Part shown: piece by piece, positions 1 through 9,020 of the stretch | How the letters are laid out: every line of letters starts with the position of its first letter | Numbering within the stretch: the first letter of the stretch is position 1 | IMG/VR virus record: IMGVR_UViG_3300030376_007346 | Strand: one strand, 5' to 3' | Source of the DNA: an uncultured virus (IMG/VR IMGVR_UViG_3300030376_007346) | Taxonomy: Duplodnaviria > Heunggongvirae > Uroviricota > Caudoviricetes | Length of the DNA stretch: 64,000 nucleotides | Notes under the pieces: model-generated | Seen by the model: the letters and a program-made list of their open reading frames with translations, nothing else | The model's database searches: none | What the model was told of the DNA's origin: nothing | Position numbers and translations under genes: made by a program

Positions 1-3000
1 GGTACGTTCAACGATACAACATGGGCTGGTCTGGTAAGTCAATTGGCAAACGAGGGTATCGAGTATAATGGAACTATAGTAAATTTACAGATGACAAATA
101 CGGAAATATTTGCCGGAATGAATCAAGGTAAAGGTGATGCTACTATGGGTTATGGTCATTACGCTTGTGAGTGTACACCAGGAGATGATTGTTATTGTCA
201 GGAAGTTCTAGGGCCTAATGGACAATACACAACATCAGGACTATGTGAAATAAATTGTTGTTCTGGAAGTACGTGGTCGTGTGATACAAGTAACACTACA
301 ACTTTCGACTCATGTGCAAACGCTACCGACATAAATGCTCAAGGACTATCATATACAGTAGCAATTAGTGCAATAGCAGCTGGTGGATGGGGAGCTTGGA
401 ACGCTGGATTTAGTTTTATGAAGTTTGAACACGGAATGTTCCCAACACCAGGAGCACAAGTAGGGAGCTATATGGGTCAACCAATAGTTCCTTTAGCGAT
501 GGGTGATACACCTTGTCCAGTACCTCAAAGTACTTTAAGTGGTCATTGGGCAAGAATTGTAGAAATTAACTGTTCTACCTACCCATACGACATAACACCA
601 AATGGACCATATTATACGTGGTCAAGTGTGATAGATGCATTAAACGCAAACGCAGTTCAATACGGTACAAATCACGTATTCCAATATACGATGAATTACC
701 AAGATGTCACAGCCAGGGCAAAAATCCAGGTTAAATGGGAATTCTGTGTATGTGATGAGTCACCATGTCGTGGAACATGTATAGAATTATTTGATGGTTC
801 AGGACCATATAGTACACAAAATGAGTGTTTATCAGCGTGTTGTCCAACATACGATTGTACATTCAATGGGTGTGTTAATAACGCAAACGGTCTTGGGGCT
901 TTCACATCGTTCACACAGTGTGAACAAGAATGTCAACAATACGAGTGTCACCCAGGGTCTAAAGTAATGGTTGGGTTATGTGCGAGTAGAACATCGACCC
1001 CAGCGGTTGGTTCACCAGCTGATATTATAAATTATTTTGCTGACAGTACAACCACCCCAATAGCACCACAAGTAAATAATATGCAAAACGCAACCTTTAT
1101 TGACTATACGGTAACATTAGCGGGGGTACAAGCACCATTTGGAAGTAATTGTCCACATGAAATTACCTTCGGTTTCCCACCTACAACACAATATCTAGGG
1201 GATTATGTCATCATGGATAGTATAAATATAAAATACACAACAGGTGGTTATGTAGGTGGACCTTTCCACAAATGGTCTCAGATAATTCAATATATTACTG
1301 TTACATTAGGAATTCCAGGAGCAAGTCTTTCATCATCCTACTATGATATACAAAATCTATTAGGTCATTTAGCTAATCCGTTAACTTTAGACCCACAATT
1401 CAGATGGTGTGAATGTAAAGAAACTGATTGTGATTGTTTATTAATTCCAGGAACTGGAGCTACACCATATAACATAAATGAATATTCTTTATGTTATTCA
1501 GCTTGTTGTGAGGAAACTTATGATTGTACAATCAACGGTTGTGTAGCTAATAATTCAGGAACTGGAAACTTTACTTCATTAGCTCAGTGTCAATTAATCT
1601 GTCTTGAATATGAATGTATAAGTGGAACAACATCAAACGCATCAATATGTGAAGCAAAACAAAGTATTCCTATAGCAAACTGTAACATACTACCTATTGG
1701 ACTGGTTCAATTAACAACTGATTTACTAAATTACTTTAGTGACCCAGCAAATAATCTGAATCAAGCTAGTTTCTCAGCATACAAATTCGACCAAGAAGCA
1801 CCAACATATTACTCACCAACTGGTTCACTGTGTAATGGAAGTTTATGTAATCAATCTGTGTACCATTACTTTAATAGTATAAGTTATAATAATGGATGGC
1901 CGGCAGGACACCAATATAGTATTAATACTGGTCCACAAACTAGTTGGGGTAATTTTATAAACGCTCTAAATAATTCAAATGGTATTAATAATTTCTTAAT
2001 GGTCAATTATAGTCCAAACACAAGTTACGCAAACATACTGTCAGCACTTTCAGACGTACCAGGTGAGGGTAGAGTCCAACTAGGAAAAATTAATCCATGT
2101 ATTTGTAATAATGAACCTTGTCACTGTCCACAAATACCAGGTACTGGACATACACCAACACAAAACTACTACTCAACATCAGCAGCTTGTGAAACTGACT
2201 GTTGTGATGATGAATGGTATTGTAACACTAAACCTCTTACAGGTTGTGAATGTCAACTGGGGACACCACCTCCAGGAGCACCAACATACCCTAGTCTTCT
2301 TGCATGTAAATTAAATCAACAAAACTGTTGTAAGAACCAGTGGTATGATTGTCCAAATGGAGCGTGTGTAAGTTTAATACCAGGAACGATAGGACCTTAC
2401 GCTACAGCAGCTGATTGTACAGCAGCGGTCGCAGCTGGAATGTGTTCTCCTGAAGGACCAAGCTATAATTGCCAAACTGATGGTCCAGGACCTGTTGTGG
2501 TACCTACTTGTGTTCCATGTATAGGTTCAGCATGTCAATTTACACCTGTTACAGCGGCAGGAGCACCATTCTTTGGAGATGCTTTAGCACAATGTCAATC
2601 ACAATGTGAAGGAGAGACACCAATTTGTTGGAAATGTTGTATGAATAAATTTGGTCAAATATACCAACTACTACTAAACGACCCAATATGTAAATGTAAA
2701 ACAGGTGAAATAGAAGTACCATGTGATGGTCATGGACCTTGTCCATTCCCAGTATCTTGTGTAGATGGATGGACATACAACTGGAGTACATGTCAGTGTG
2801 ACTGTGACCAATATCAATCTTGTCTACCAGGTTATATTTGGGATGTGGATAATTGTGGTTGTAAACCAAATGGTCCTTCCGGCCCAATAGATGTAGTTCA
2901 CGCACCATCAGAAATGGTTGTTGCAATATCTGACTACTATAATATCCCACTTGGTGTGGTATCAGAAGAGTTAAGTAAAGCGGTTGATAAATTAGAAACA

Positions 3001-3651
3001 CTTAAGTCTAGAGGATTTAAAGGGGATGGGTGTGAGTATTGTGACGACCCACAAAATGGGGTATGTCTATTTAACGGATGTTTATCTTTAGAAGATTTAG
3101 AAGATAGATTTAAACCTACTAGTATTATATGTTATGTAGATGGTTTACCATTATATTCTAGACCATCCGGAGCTTCGGATTTAGGTAAGAGATTAGGTTG
3201 TGTGGGAACTCACAATCATATGTGTTCTGACGGTGAAACAATGGGTTGGATGTCATGCTCAACACACAAAGAAGCGGTAGATAGATGGAATAGTGTTAAA
3301 AAACAACCTCTAGAAGATAACAATGACCCTAATCTATTCCTATATCAAAGAGAACAGAATAAATTGACTCCGGTTGCAGAACCAGAATTTATTGTACGTC
3401 AACCTGTAAGTCCATACGATTTACCAGCAACAAACCCATCTACACCTGGTGGTGGTGACGGAGCATTTGAAGGTACATGTTGTGAGTGGTGTGCGTTAGG
3501 TGGGGTGGGGACACCACCATCTGGTTGTTATGACTACATGTGTTCACGATGTGGGGGTGATAGAGATGAAGAATCTGGTGGTGGAGAATTTCCAACGACA
3601 GTAGAGGAGCCTGCAGTTGAGAATGTAGAAGATAGAGGTAGAGGATACTAA
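1..3651 (+). CDS. Very large Cys-rich repeat protein, 5'-truncated; probable virion surface or fibre protein, with a DUF3721-like motif near the C-terminus
   Basis: Frame is open from base 1 (GTFNDTTWAGLVSQL...), so the TTG at 43 is not the real start. Repeats TYDCT.NGCV.N..G.G.FTS..QC...C..YEC at 847 and 1516; LGCVGTHNH...WMSCSTH at about 3195-3267. Confidence 0.75.
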   Translation, partial: GTFNDTTWAGLVSQLANEGIEYNGTIVNLQMTNTEIFAGMNQGKGDATMGYGHYACECTPGDDCYCQEVLGPNGQYTTSGLCEINCCSGSTWSCDTSNTTTFDSCANATDINAQGLSYTVAISAIAAGGWGAWNAGFSFMKFEHGMFPTPGAQVGSYMGQPIVPLAMGDTPCPVPQSTLSGHWARIVEINCSTYPYDITPNGPYYTWSSVIDALNANAVQYGTNHVFQYTMNYQDVTARAKIQVKWEFCVCDESPCRGTCIELFDGSGPYSTQNECLSACCPTYDCTFNGCVNNANGLGAFTSFTQCEQECQQYECHPGSKVMVGLCASRTSTPAVGSPADIINYFADSTTTPIAPQVNNMQNATFIDYTVTLAGVQAPFGSNCPHEITFGFPPTTQYLGDYVIMDSINIKYTTGGYVGGPFHKWSQIIQYITVTLGIPGASLSSSYYDIQNLLGHLANPLTLDPQFRWCECKETDCDCLLIPGTGATPYNINEYSLCYSACCEETYDCTINGCVANNSGTGNFTSLAQCQLICLEYECISGTTSNASICEAKQSIPIANCNILPIGLVQLTTDLLNYFSDPANNLNQASFSAYKFDQEAPTYYSPTGSLCNGSLCNQSVYHYFNSISYNNGWPAGHQYSINTGPQTSWGNFINALNNSNGINNFLMVNYSPNTSYANILSALSDVPGEGRVQLGKINPCICNNEPCHCPQIPGTGHTPTQNYYSTSAACETDCCDDEWYCNTKPLTGCECQLGTPPPGAPTYPSLLACKLNQQNCCKNQWYDCPNGACVSLIPGTIGPYATAADCTAAVAAGMCSPEGPSYNCQTDGPGPVVVPTCVPCIGSACQFTPVTAAGAPFFGDALAQCQSQCEGETPICWKCCMNKFGQIYQLLLNDPICKCKTGEIEVPCDGHGPCPFPVSCVDGWTYNWSTCQCDCDQYQSCLPGYIWDVDNCGCKPNGPSGPIDVVHAPSEMVVAISDYYNIPLGVVSEELSKAVDKLETLKSRGFKGDGCEYCDDPQNGVCLFNGCLSLEDLEDRFKPTSIICYVDGLPLYSRPSGASDLGKRLGCVGTHNHMCSDGETMGWMSCSTHKEAVDRWNSVKKQPLEDNNDPNLFLYQREQNKLTPVAEPEFIVRQPVSPYDLPATNPSTPGGGDGAFEGTCCEWCALGGVGTPPSGCYDYMCSRCGGDRDEESGGGEFPTTVEEPAVENVEDRGRGY

Positions 3652-3673
3652 ATAATAAATAAAATTAATAATT

Positions 3674-4099
3674 ATGAGATTAAGATTTAAAGCAAAAAAC
3701 CCAATTTACCCAGTAATCGATATGACTACTGATGTGGAAATGGAGGCCATAGAAACAGAAGTTACTCCAACTATAGAAACTACAGTAACCACACCGACAA
3801 CAATGATTCCCCTAGCGGTTAACGTACCTACAGGACCTAGGAATAATTGGGGTAATGACTTTACTAAAAGTACCACAGACGGTTTTGTATGTGCAAATGC
3901 ACCATACCCAATAGGAACAGGTGTGGGTTGTTATAGAAGTATTAACGGTATTTACACAAATACCAACTCATCCTCCCCTAACGTTGGACAAACCTATGTT
4001 TTACCTTGTATCCCATATTTTGCGGGTGGTAGTTGTTTTGAGTTCCAAAATCAGGCAGATGGTAGCCCATCATGTAATTCATTCTGTGCACAAAGTTAA
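3674..4099 (+). CDS. Hypothetical protein with Thr/Pro-rich linker and Cys-containing C-terminus
   Basis: 141-aa ORF with A-rich upstream region, collinear with neighbours. Confidence 0.7.
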   Translation: MRLRFKAKNPIYPVIDMTTDVEMEAIETEVTPTIETTVTTPTTMIPLAVNVPTGPRNNWGNDFTKSTTDGFVCANAPYPIGTGVGCYRSINGIYTNTNSSSPNVGQTYVLPCIPYFAGGSCFEFQNQADGSPSCNSFCAQS

Positions 4100-4112
4100 A
4101 AAAAACAAATAA

Positions 4113-4232
4113 ATGATAAAAGAAGAAAAACTAACTTATAAACAACTAGATAAAAAACTTAACCTTCTAATTAAGAAGGTTAAGGTACTATCTGAAATGA
4201 AAAAGAAAAAAGTACAAAAGATATTAGTCTAA
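4113..4232 (+). CDS. Small basic hypothetical protein (39 aa), not in ORF track
   Basis: MIKEEKLTYKQLDKKLNLLIKKVKVLSEMKKKKVQKILV; fills the gap and its TAA overlaps the next ATG (TAATG). Confidence 0.55.
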   Translation: MIKEEKLTYKQLDKKLNLLIKKVKVLSEMKKKKVQKILV

Positions 4233-4504
4233 TGACAAAAATTCTTTTATATTTTTTAGTCCTATTTCACCACTTAGGTATTTTAGGGTTTTTAGTGTCA
4301 GTTCCTTTATTGGTTATAAACGAACCATTCTGGGTGTGGTTACCAGTTAATACCTGGATTCTGCATTTAATATTTTCACCAGTTTTGGTTTGTCCTTTAA
4401 CAATATGGGAAAATAAGTTAAGAAAAAGATTAGGGCGGGAAAAGATAGACACCTTCTTTAAACATTATTATATTAGACCTTATAAACAATGGCGAAAAAA
4501 ATAA
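4232..4504 (+). CDS. DUF2784-like small membrane protein
   Basis: Hydrophobic helices and CPLTIWENKLR motif. Confidence 0.65.
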   Translation: MTKILLYFLVLFHHLGILGFLVSVPLLVINEPFWVWLPVNTWILHLIFSPVLVCPLTIWENKLRKRLGREKIDTFFKHYYIRPYKQWRKK

Positions 4505-4731
4505 TCATATCAGAAGAACAGTTAAAAAGAATCGTTAAAAAAATTAACGAGGATGATAACTGGTGGGAAAGTGAAGGCCCTGACAAATGGGACTTACTAG
4601 AAAAAGATTTAAGGTTTGTCGTAGATAAGATTATAGACAAACACAAATCAAACTGGGGTGATGACCAGTATGCCGTAATAGGTGCAATCGAAGAAATTTT
4701 TCAAGGAATGTTTGCGAAGGTAGAACGTTAA
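4489..4731 (+). CDS. Hypothetical protein with putative capsid-targeting leader
   Basis: N-terminus MAKKIIISEEQLKRIVKKINE. Confidence 0.75.
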   Translation: MAKKIIISEEQLKRIVKKINEDDNWWESEGPDKWDLLEKDLRFVVDKIIDKHKSNWGDDQYAVIGAIEEIFQGMFAKVER

Positions 4732-5660
4732 ACTAAAACAACCTCAACTCTACAGAACTGATTAACTAACTCTCTATACTGGTCATAGTGGTCCCATAAA
4801 GATTCTATAGTTTCCATTTGGTCTTCAGTATAATTTCTAAATGAACTTAATTTATTTCTTGAACTTTCAGGAAACAAGTCCTGAACAAAAGGTGTGTAGT
4901 CATTATCAATAAATTTCTGATTAATAGGCAATTCCAAATCACCATCCTTATCTATAAGAACCCTAATATCCCAACAAGCGTAACCAGATTCACCAAAGTT
5001 TACAGATTCATCATATAAATAATCAAAACCTATAGGTTCAACCTTAAATTTTAAATTTTCAAAACCCATCTCACTAGTTTCCATCCAAGGAGCTTGTGCA
5101 AAATCAGTATTTTCTATACCACCTAACCATTCCATTACTAATAGGGGGTATACAATGTCACCTACATTACGAAAATCCGTATAGTCTTCTGTACCCTCAT
5201 GTTCCCCAACATTAAAATACTTTAAAACACCATAATCAGCTTTACCTAATTTATCCCATTGTTTAAAAATATAATCTTTATACTCTGGTTTAACATACTC
5301 ATCAAAATAAGGGTCAGTAGGAGATTTTTGTTCCATTAAAGAATCAGCACCACCTGTATCAGCAATTGTCTTTAAGAATATGGTTAAAGCACGGTACCTA
5401 GAAGAATTTTTTATACTTTCTTTGTCAAAACCACGGACCCCCACATTATCGTATAAACGTAAGTCATTAACCATCTTATTTAGTAGTCTCTTCTCTCTAT
5501 GGTTTGCATTCCTTGCAAAGTTAATAACATCTGAGGTATCGAATCCACCGAGTATATGAATGAGTGTAAAAAGGGTGTTATCGAGTTCTTTGGGTAATTG
5601 TTTTGTTATAACATTTCCTTTATAATCCTCTGATAGTATGTCTTTAAATGTGGTATTCAT
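4728..5660 (-). CDS. Hypothetical protein
   Basis: 310-aa ORF; GTATTTATA motif 4 nt before ATG. Confidence 0.75.
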   Translation of the reverse strand: MNTTFKDILSEDYKGNVITKQLPKELDNTLFTLIHILGGFDTSDVINFARNANHREKRLLNKMVNDLRLYDNVGVRGFDKESIKNSSRYRALTIFLKTIADTGGADSLMEQKSPTDPYFDEYVKPEYKDYIFKQWDKLGKADYGVLKYFNVGEHEGTEDYTDFRNVGDIVYPLLVMEWLGGIENTDFAQAPWMETSEMGFENLKFKVEPIGFDYLYDESVNFGESGYACWDIRVLIDKDGDLELPINQKFIDNDYTPFVQDLFPESSRNKLSSFRNYTEDQMETIESLWDHYDQYRELVNQFCRVEVVLV

Positions 5661-5688
5661 ATTATATAAATACTATCATGATAAGTGT

Positions 5689-6033
5689 TTATTTCCAGAA
5701 AACCTGTACGCAAATAATTCCTAAGGCTAAAATAAGGGAAGTTAAGGTTTTTACCGAAATACCCTCACCCATAAACCACCAAGTAAGAAGAGCATAAGAA
5801 CTTATTCCGAGAGCAAAACCTAGAAATCTACCTGGCCAAAGCAACCCATCAAAATAAAGATAAGCATATTTTGTTGCGTGAATAAAAGCGTAGGATATTA
5901 TACTACCTAATGTTATAGATAAAATTATAGGGTGTTTATCAAACCACTTCCACAGAAATTGTCCATTTGTCTGGAACCAAATAATGGTTTGTCCAGTTAA
6001 AAAAAGTAAAACAGCTAATAATAATTTATTCAT
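5689..6033 (-). CDS. Small four-helix membrane protein (DMT/SMR-like size)
   Basis: 114 aa, four hydrophobic segments. Confidence 0.65.
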   Translation of the reverse strand: MNKLLLAVLLFLTGQTIIWFQTNGQFLWKWFDKHPIILSITLGSIISYAFIHATKYAYLYFDGLLWPGRFLGFALGISSYALLTWWFMGEGISVKTLTSLILALGIICVQVFWK

Positions 6034-6125
6034 ATATTAATAATAATAAAAATATATTAATATTTATAGTATAATATGTATATTTATTATATGCTAGCTG
6101 CTAGCATTTAAAAGCTATTTAATTA

Positions 6126-6608
6126 ATGAAAAAAATAATTGTAAAAGAAAGTCAGTTGACCAATGTGGTTGAAAATGTTATTAAGGAACAATATTCGGAC
6201 GACCCAAACGCGTTCACAACAGATGTAAAGGATGTTAGTTTCTATGGGTTAGAAAAATATTTCACAGAGTATAGTGGTCGTGATATGGATGTAACATATA
6301 CAAATTGTTATGTTAAATGGAGATACGACATGGATGTACGAAGTTGGGGTATCAAAGACGTTAGTGTTTACACAAGTAGTGTAATTATAAACGCGACAGT
6401 AGAAATTTATGACGAGGACTACACCAAAGTAGAAGAGGAAAAAGAAATAGAATTAGTGGTGGACGATATGGGTGGATTTAGTAGTGAGGAAGAAGGTAAA
6501 TGGTATTATGAAGACCAAATGTCAGACGAATTATTTTCACACAGTGTTTTTCCTACAGGGTTAGAAATAGATTTTAACGATAAAACAGTCCATGTACTTT
6601 GGAATTAA
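6126..6608 (+). CDS. Hypothetical protein with putative capsid-targeting leader
   Basis: MKKIIVKESQLTNVVENVIKEQ; ATATTTAT motifs at 6060 and 6080. Confidence 0.75.
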   Translation: MKKIIVKESQLTNVVENVIKEQYSDDPNAFTTDVKDVSFYGLEKYFTEYSGRDMDVTYTNCYVKWRYDMDVRSWGIKDVSVYTSSVIINATVEIYDEDYTKVEEEKEIELVVDDMGGFSSEEEGKWYYEDQMSDELFSHSVFPTGLEIDFNDKTVHVLWN

Positions 6609-6619
6609 AAAAAAATAAT

Positions 6620-8326
6620 ATGAAAAACCAATTACTCAGTGAAGTTAATAGAGTCCGTGAAATTATGGGACTAGAAGTTATTTTAGAACAAGAAGAAACT
6701 AAAAAAGTAGACTATAAAAAGATTCTGGATACACCAGCATACAAAGACCTTATCGCTGCATTTCAGGTAACTCCTGTAAATGAAAGAGAAAAATTAAAAC
6801 AACAAATTCTTAAAAGTTTAAAAAAGGCAAAGATAGATGAAAATATTATTAGACTACTAATTCAGACAATGGAAGGATTAAAAGAAGAACCTGAAGTACC
6901 ACAAGAGGAACTCGATAGTATAGCGTCTGGTAAAAAAAGTGTAAAAGAGATAAATGAACAATTTTTTTTAAATACACGAAAACATAGATATGGTGCAAAT
7001 AGTAATAGATGGGGTAAGTGGTCACTTTTGAATCCTGGACAAAAAGCTGTACGAGTAGTTGGGGGTTTAATCACTACTTTAACTGGTCTACGTATAACAC
7101 ATAGTAACGCTTACAATATTTTAGATGTTGATTTTGATATACCTATCATAAAAGCAACAGAGGATGTTAAACATAACCTTGACAGTAAGGTAAAAGCTGA
7201 ACCTACAATACCTATGGAGGAATGGCAAGAATTTTATGAAAAATGGAATCCTAGGTTTATGAAAAGAATTGTTAAAGGTAAAAAACTTTGGGAGTACGCT
7301 TGGAAGGGGACAGAAGCTATGAATAAAAAATTCTTAGAAAAGATAAGTCAAGACAAAAGAGGGGATGATGAATCTACACCAGACATTGATGAATCAGGAA
7401 AAAGTGAGGCAGAATTATGGAACGACATGAAACCATTTGTAATATCTACACTAGAAACATGGAAAGACCTAAAAAGAAGAAGAAAATATAAAATTCGTAT
7501 AACAACAGAACGTGAACTAGTGGATAAAATAGAAGGTGAAGAAATAGTCTACCCACCAGTACAACTACAATTTCCACTGGATGGACAACCTACCGGAGAT
7601 TTCTTTACAGACAATCACTATGAACCAACACAAAAGTTTATAGACTCTTACAACGAGATGGAAGCGGCACTTTTAGAAAAAAGTAAGGAAGCTAACCCAC
7701 CTGAAGGAGCACCTAGATTTTGGTTATCTGCTTTAGATATAAAAACTTCATGTTCAGCAATACCCAACGGAAAATCCCCTGATAATAATGTATACAGTTG
7801 GGAAGAGTTAGCTATGAAAAGAGCAGAAGCAGGTAGAGATTATATTATAGAGAGATTAAAAAAAATAGGATGTATTATTGGTGATAATGGTTCTGGTGAG
7901 TCTACAAAAATATTACTAGATGCTAAAGGAAAAAACGTAGGGAAAAAAGCAAAAGACGGAAAAGACTTAACAGGGACTAGTGGTCCAGTATACGGAGAAG
8001 ACGGTAGTCCAGAGGATAAGTCAAACATTGAATATGAACAATCTAAATTCTTCATACCAACATTTCAATTTTTAATCAACACTCAAGAAGTACAACCAGC
8101 GGAAGAAACAGAAGACGTGTTAATATACGCTCCTAATCTATACGTCAATATGGTTAAAAAAGGTAGAGGTGGTTGGAGACCTAACATAGATTTTACTATA
8201 CCAGGTATTAGATGGAACCCATTAGCGGGTATATTTAAATTTGTAAAAGCATTAGGCAGATTAAAACCTCAAAAATGTAACGACTTTAGAAGAAGTTTTA
8301 AAACGGTAATGGACCAAGGAATGTAA
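6620..8326 (+). CDS. Leader-bearing large protein with degenerate OmpA-C-like domain (copy A)
   Basis: Likely ATG at 6620; LLSEVNRVREIMGLEVILEQ leader; LDIKTSCS...EELAMKRAEAGRDYI resembles the OmpA N..LS..RA..V..YL helix. Confidence 0.65.
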   Translation: MKNQLLSEVNRVREIMGLEVILEQEETKKVDYKKILDTPAYKDLIAAFQVTPVNEREKLKQQILKSLKKAKIDENIIRLLIQTMEGLKEEPEVPQEELDSIASGKKSVKEINEQFFLNTRKHRYGANSNRWGKWSLLNPGQKAVRVVGGLITTLTGLRITHSNAYNILDVDFDIPIIKATEDVKHNLDSKVKAEPTIPMEEWQEFYEKWNPRFMKRIVKGKKLWEYAWKGTEAMNKKFLEKISQDKRGDDESTPDIDESGKSEAELWNDMKPFVISTLETWKDLKRRRKYKIRITTERELVDKIEGEEIVYPPVQLQFPLDGQPTGDFFTDNHYEPTQKFIDSYNEMEAALLEKSKEANPPEGAPRFWLSALDIKTSCSAIPNGKSPDNNVYSWEELAMKRAEAGRDYIIERLKKIGCIIGDNGSGESTKILLDAKGKNVGKKAKDGKDLTGTSGPVYGEDGSPEDKSNIEYEQSKFFIPTFQFLINTQEVQPAEETEDVLIYAPNLYVNMVKKGRGGWRPNIDFTIPGIRWNPLAGIFKFVKALGRLKPQKCNDFRRSFKTVMDQGM

Positions 8327-8327
8327 T

Positions 8328-8927
8328 TTACTTATTCTTAGATTTAGAACTACACCTAACAACACCGTACATTTTACCACTTTCTTTAATCACCAAACCA
8401 AATCCAAAGTATTGGTTATCACACAATAACATTTCCATGTGATGCTTTGAAGATACATAAATATCAAAGTACGCATCTGCAATTATTTTATTTAAATCAC
8501 CATCTTCCACTGTAAGGTGTGAAAAAGTTAATGCCATATAACCAGCAATATTTTCCTTCATATCAACCCCGAACTTCTTTAACTTGTCATGTTTAAATGT
8601 TGAGTTAGATAATTTTTTAGCATATATCTCAGATATTTTAGTTAACCATTTAGATTCTTTTACAGGACCTTTACCATAATCAGCTCTAAACTCATTTAAA
8701 GACTCTAAAAGGTAAGATTCTACTTTTCTTTCATCTACATTATCTACAAAGTATGAATTGGTAAGTGAAAAAGATTTATTATCTTTAGGTAATAATTTTT
8801 GTATATCATTAGTTCCACATTCGTGAGTCCATATGTCGGAGTATAATGGATACTCGATACAAGGTATTTTTTGACTGTAAGAAACCAAAGAAACTAAACT
8901 AAGAAGGGTTATTAATATTTTTTTCAT
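8328..8927 (-). CDS. Secreted CAP/SCP-domain protein (copy A)
   Basis: Signal peptide MKKILITLLSLVSLVSYSQ; LNEFR..YG, FKH, ENIA, SSKHHMEMLL, FGFG motifs. Confidence 0.75.
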   Translation of the reverse strand: MKKILITLLSLVSLVSYSQKIPCIEYPLYSDIWTHECGTNDIQKLLPKDNKSFSLTNSYFVDNVDERKVESYLLESLNEFRADYGKGPVKESKWLTKISEIYAKKLSNSTFKHDKLKKFGVDMKENIAGYMALTFSHLTVEDGDLNKIIADAYFDIYVSSKHHMEMLLCDNQYFGFGLVIKESGKMYGVVRCSSKSKNK

Positions 8928-8951
8928 ACTACAAAGATAATAAATTTAAAT
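8921..8951. repeat. 31-bp direct repeat, copy 1 (start codon plus promoter of CAP gene)
   Basis: ttttcatactacaaagataataaatttaaat is identical at 11239-11269; a shorter core recurs near 22527-22543. Confidence 0.9.
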
Positions 8952-8963
8952 TAAACGACCAAA
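8932..8963 (-). promoter_or_regulatory. Bacteroidota-type housekeeping promoter for CAP gene A
   Basis: TTTG-N20-TATCTTTG on minus strand, ending 4 nt before ATG. Confidence 0.75.
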
Positions 8964-9020
8964 TGAATTGTATTATATTATACGTCATATTTTAATCTAG
9001 GTTACCCATATTTATAATAT

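Noticed and set aside
696..3001. ORFs 696-, 2111+ and 2549- inside the giant Cys-rich gene
   Set aside because: Alternate-frame by-products lacking start context
1..3651. Eukaryotic or giant-virus origin suggested by the Cys-rich protein
   Set aside because: T4-like head genes, tmRNA and bacterial promoters and terminators indicate a bacteriophage
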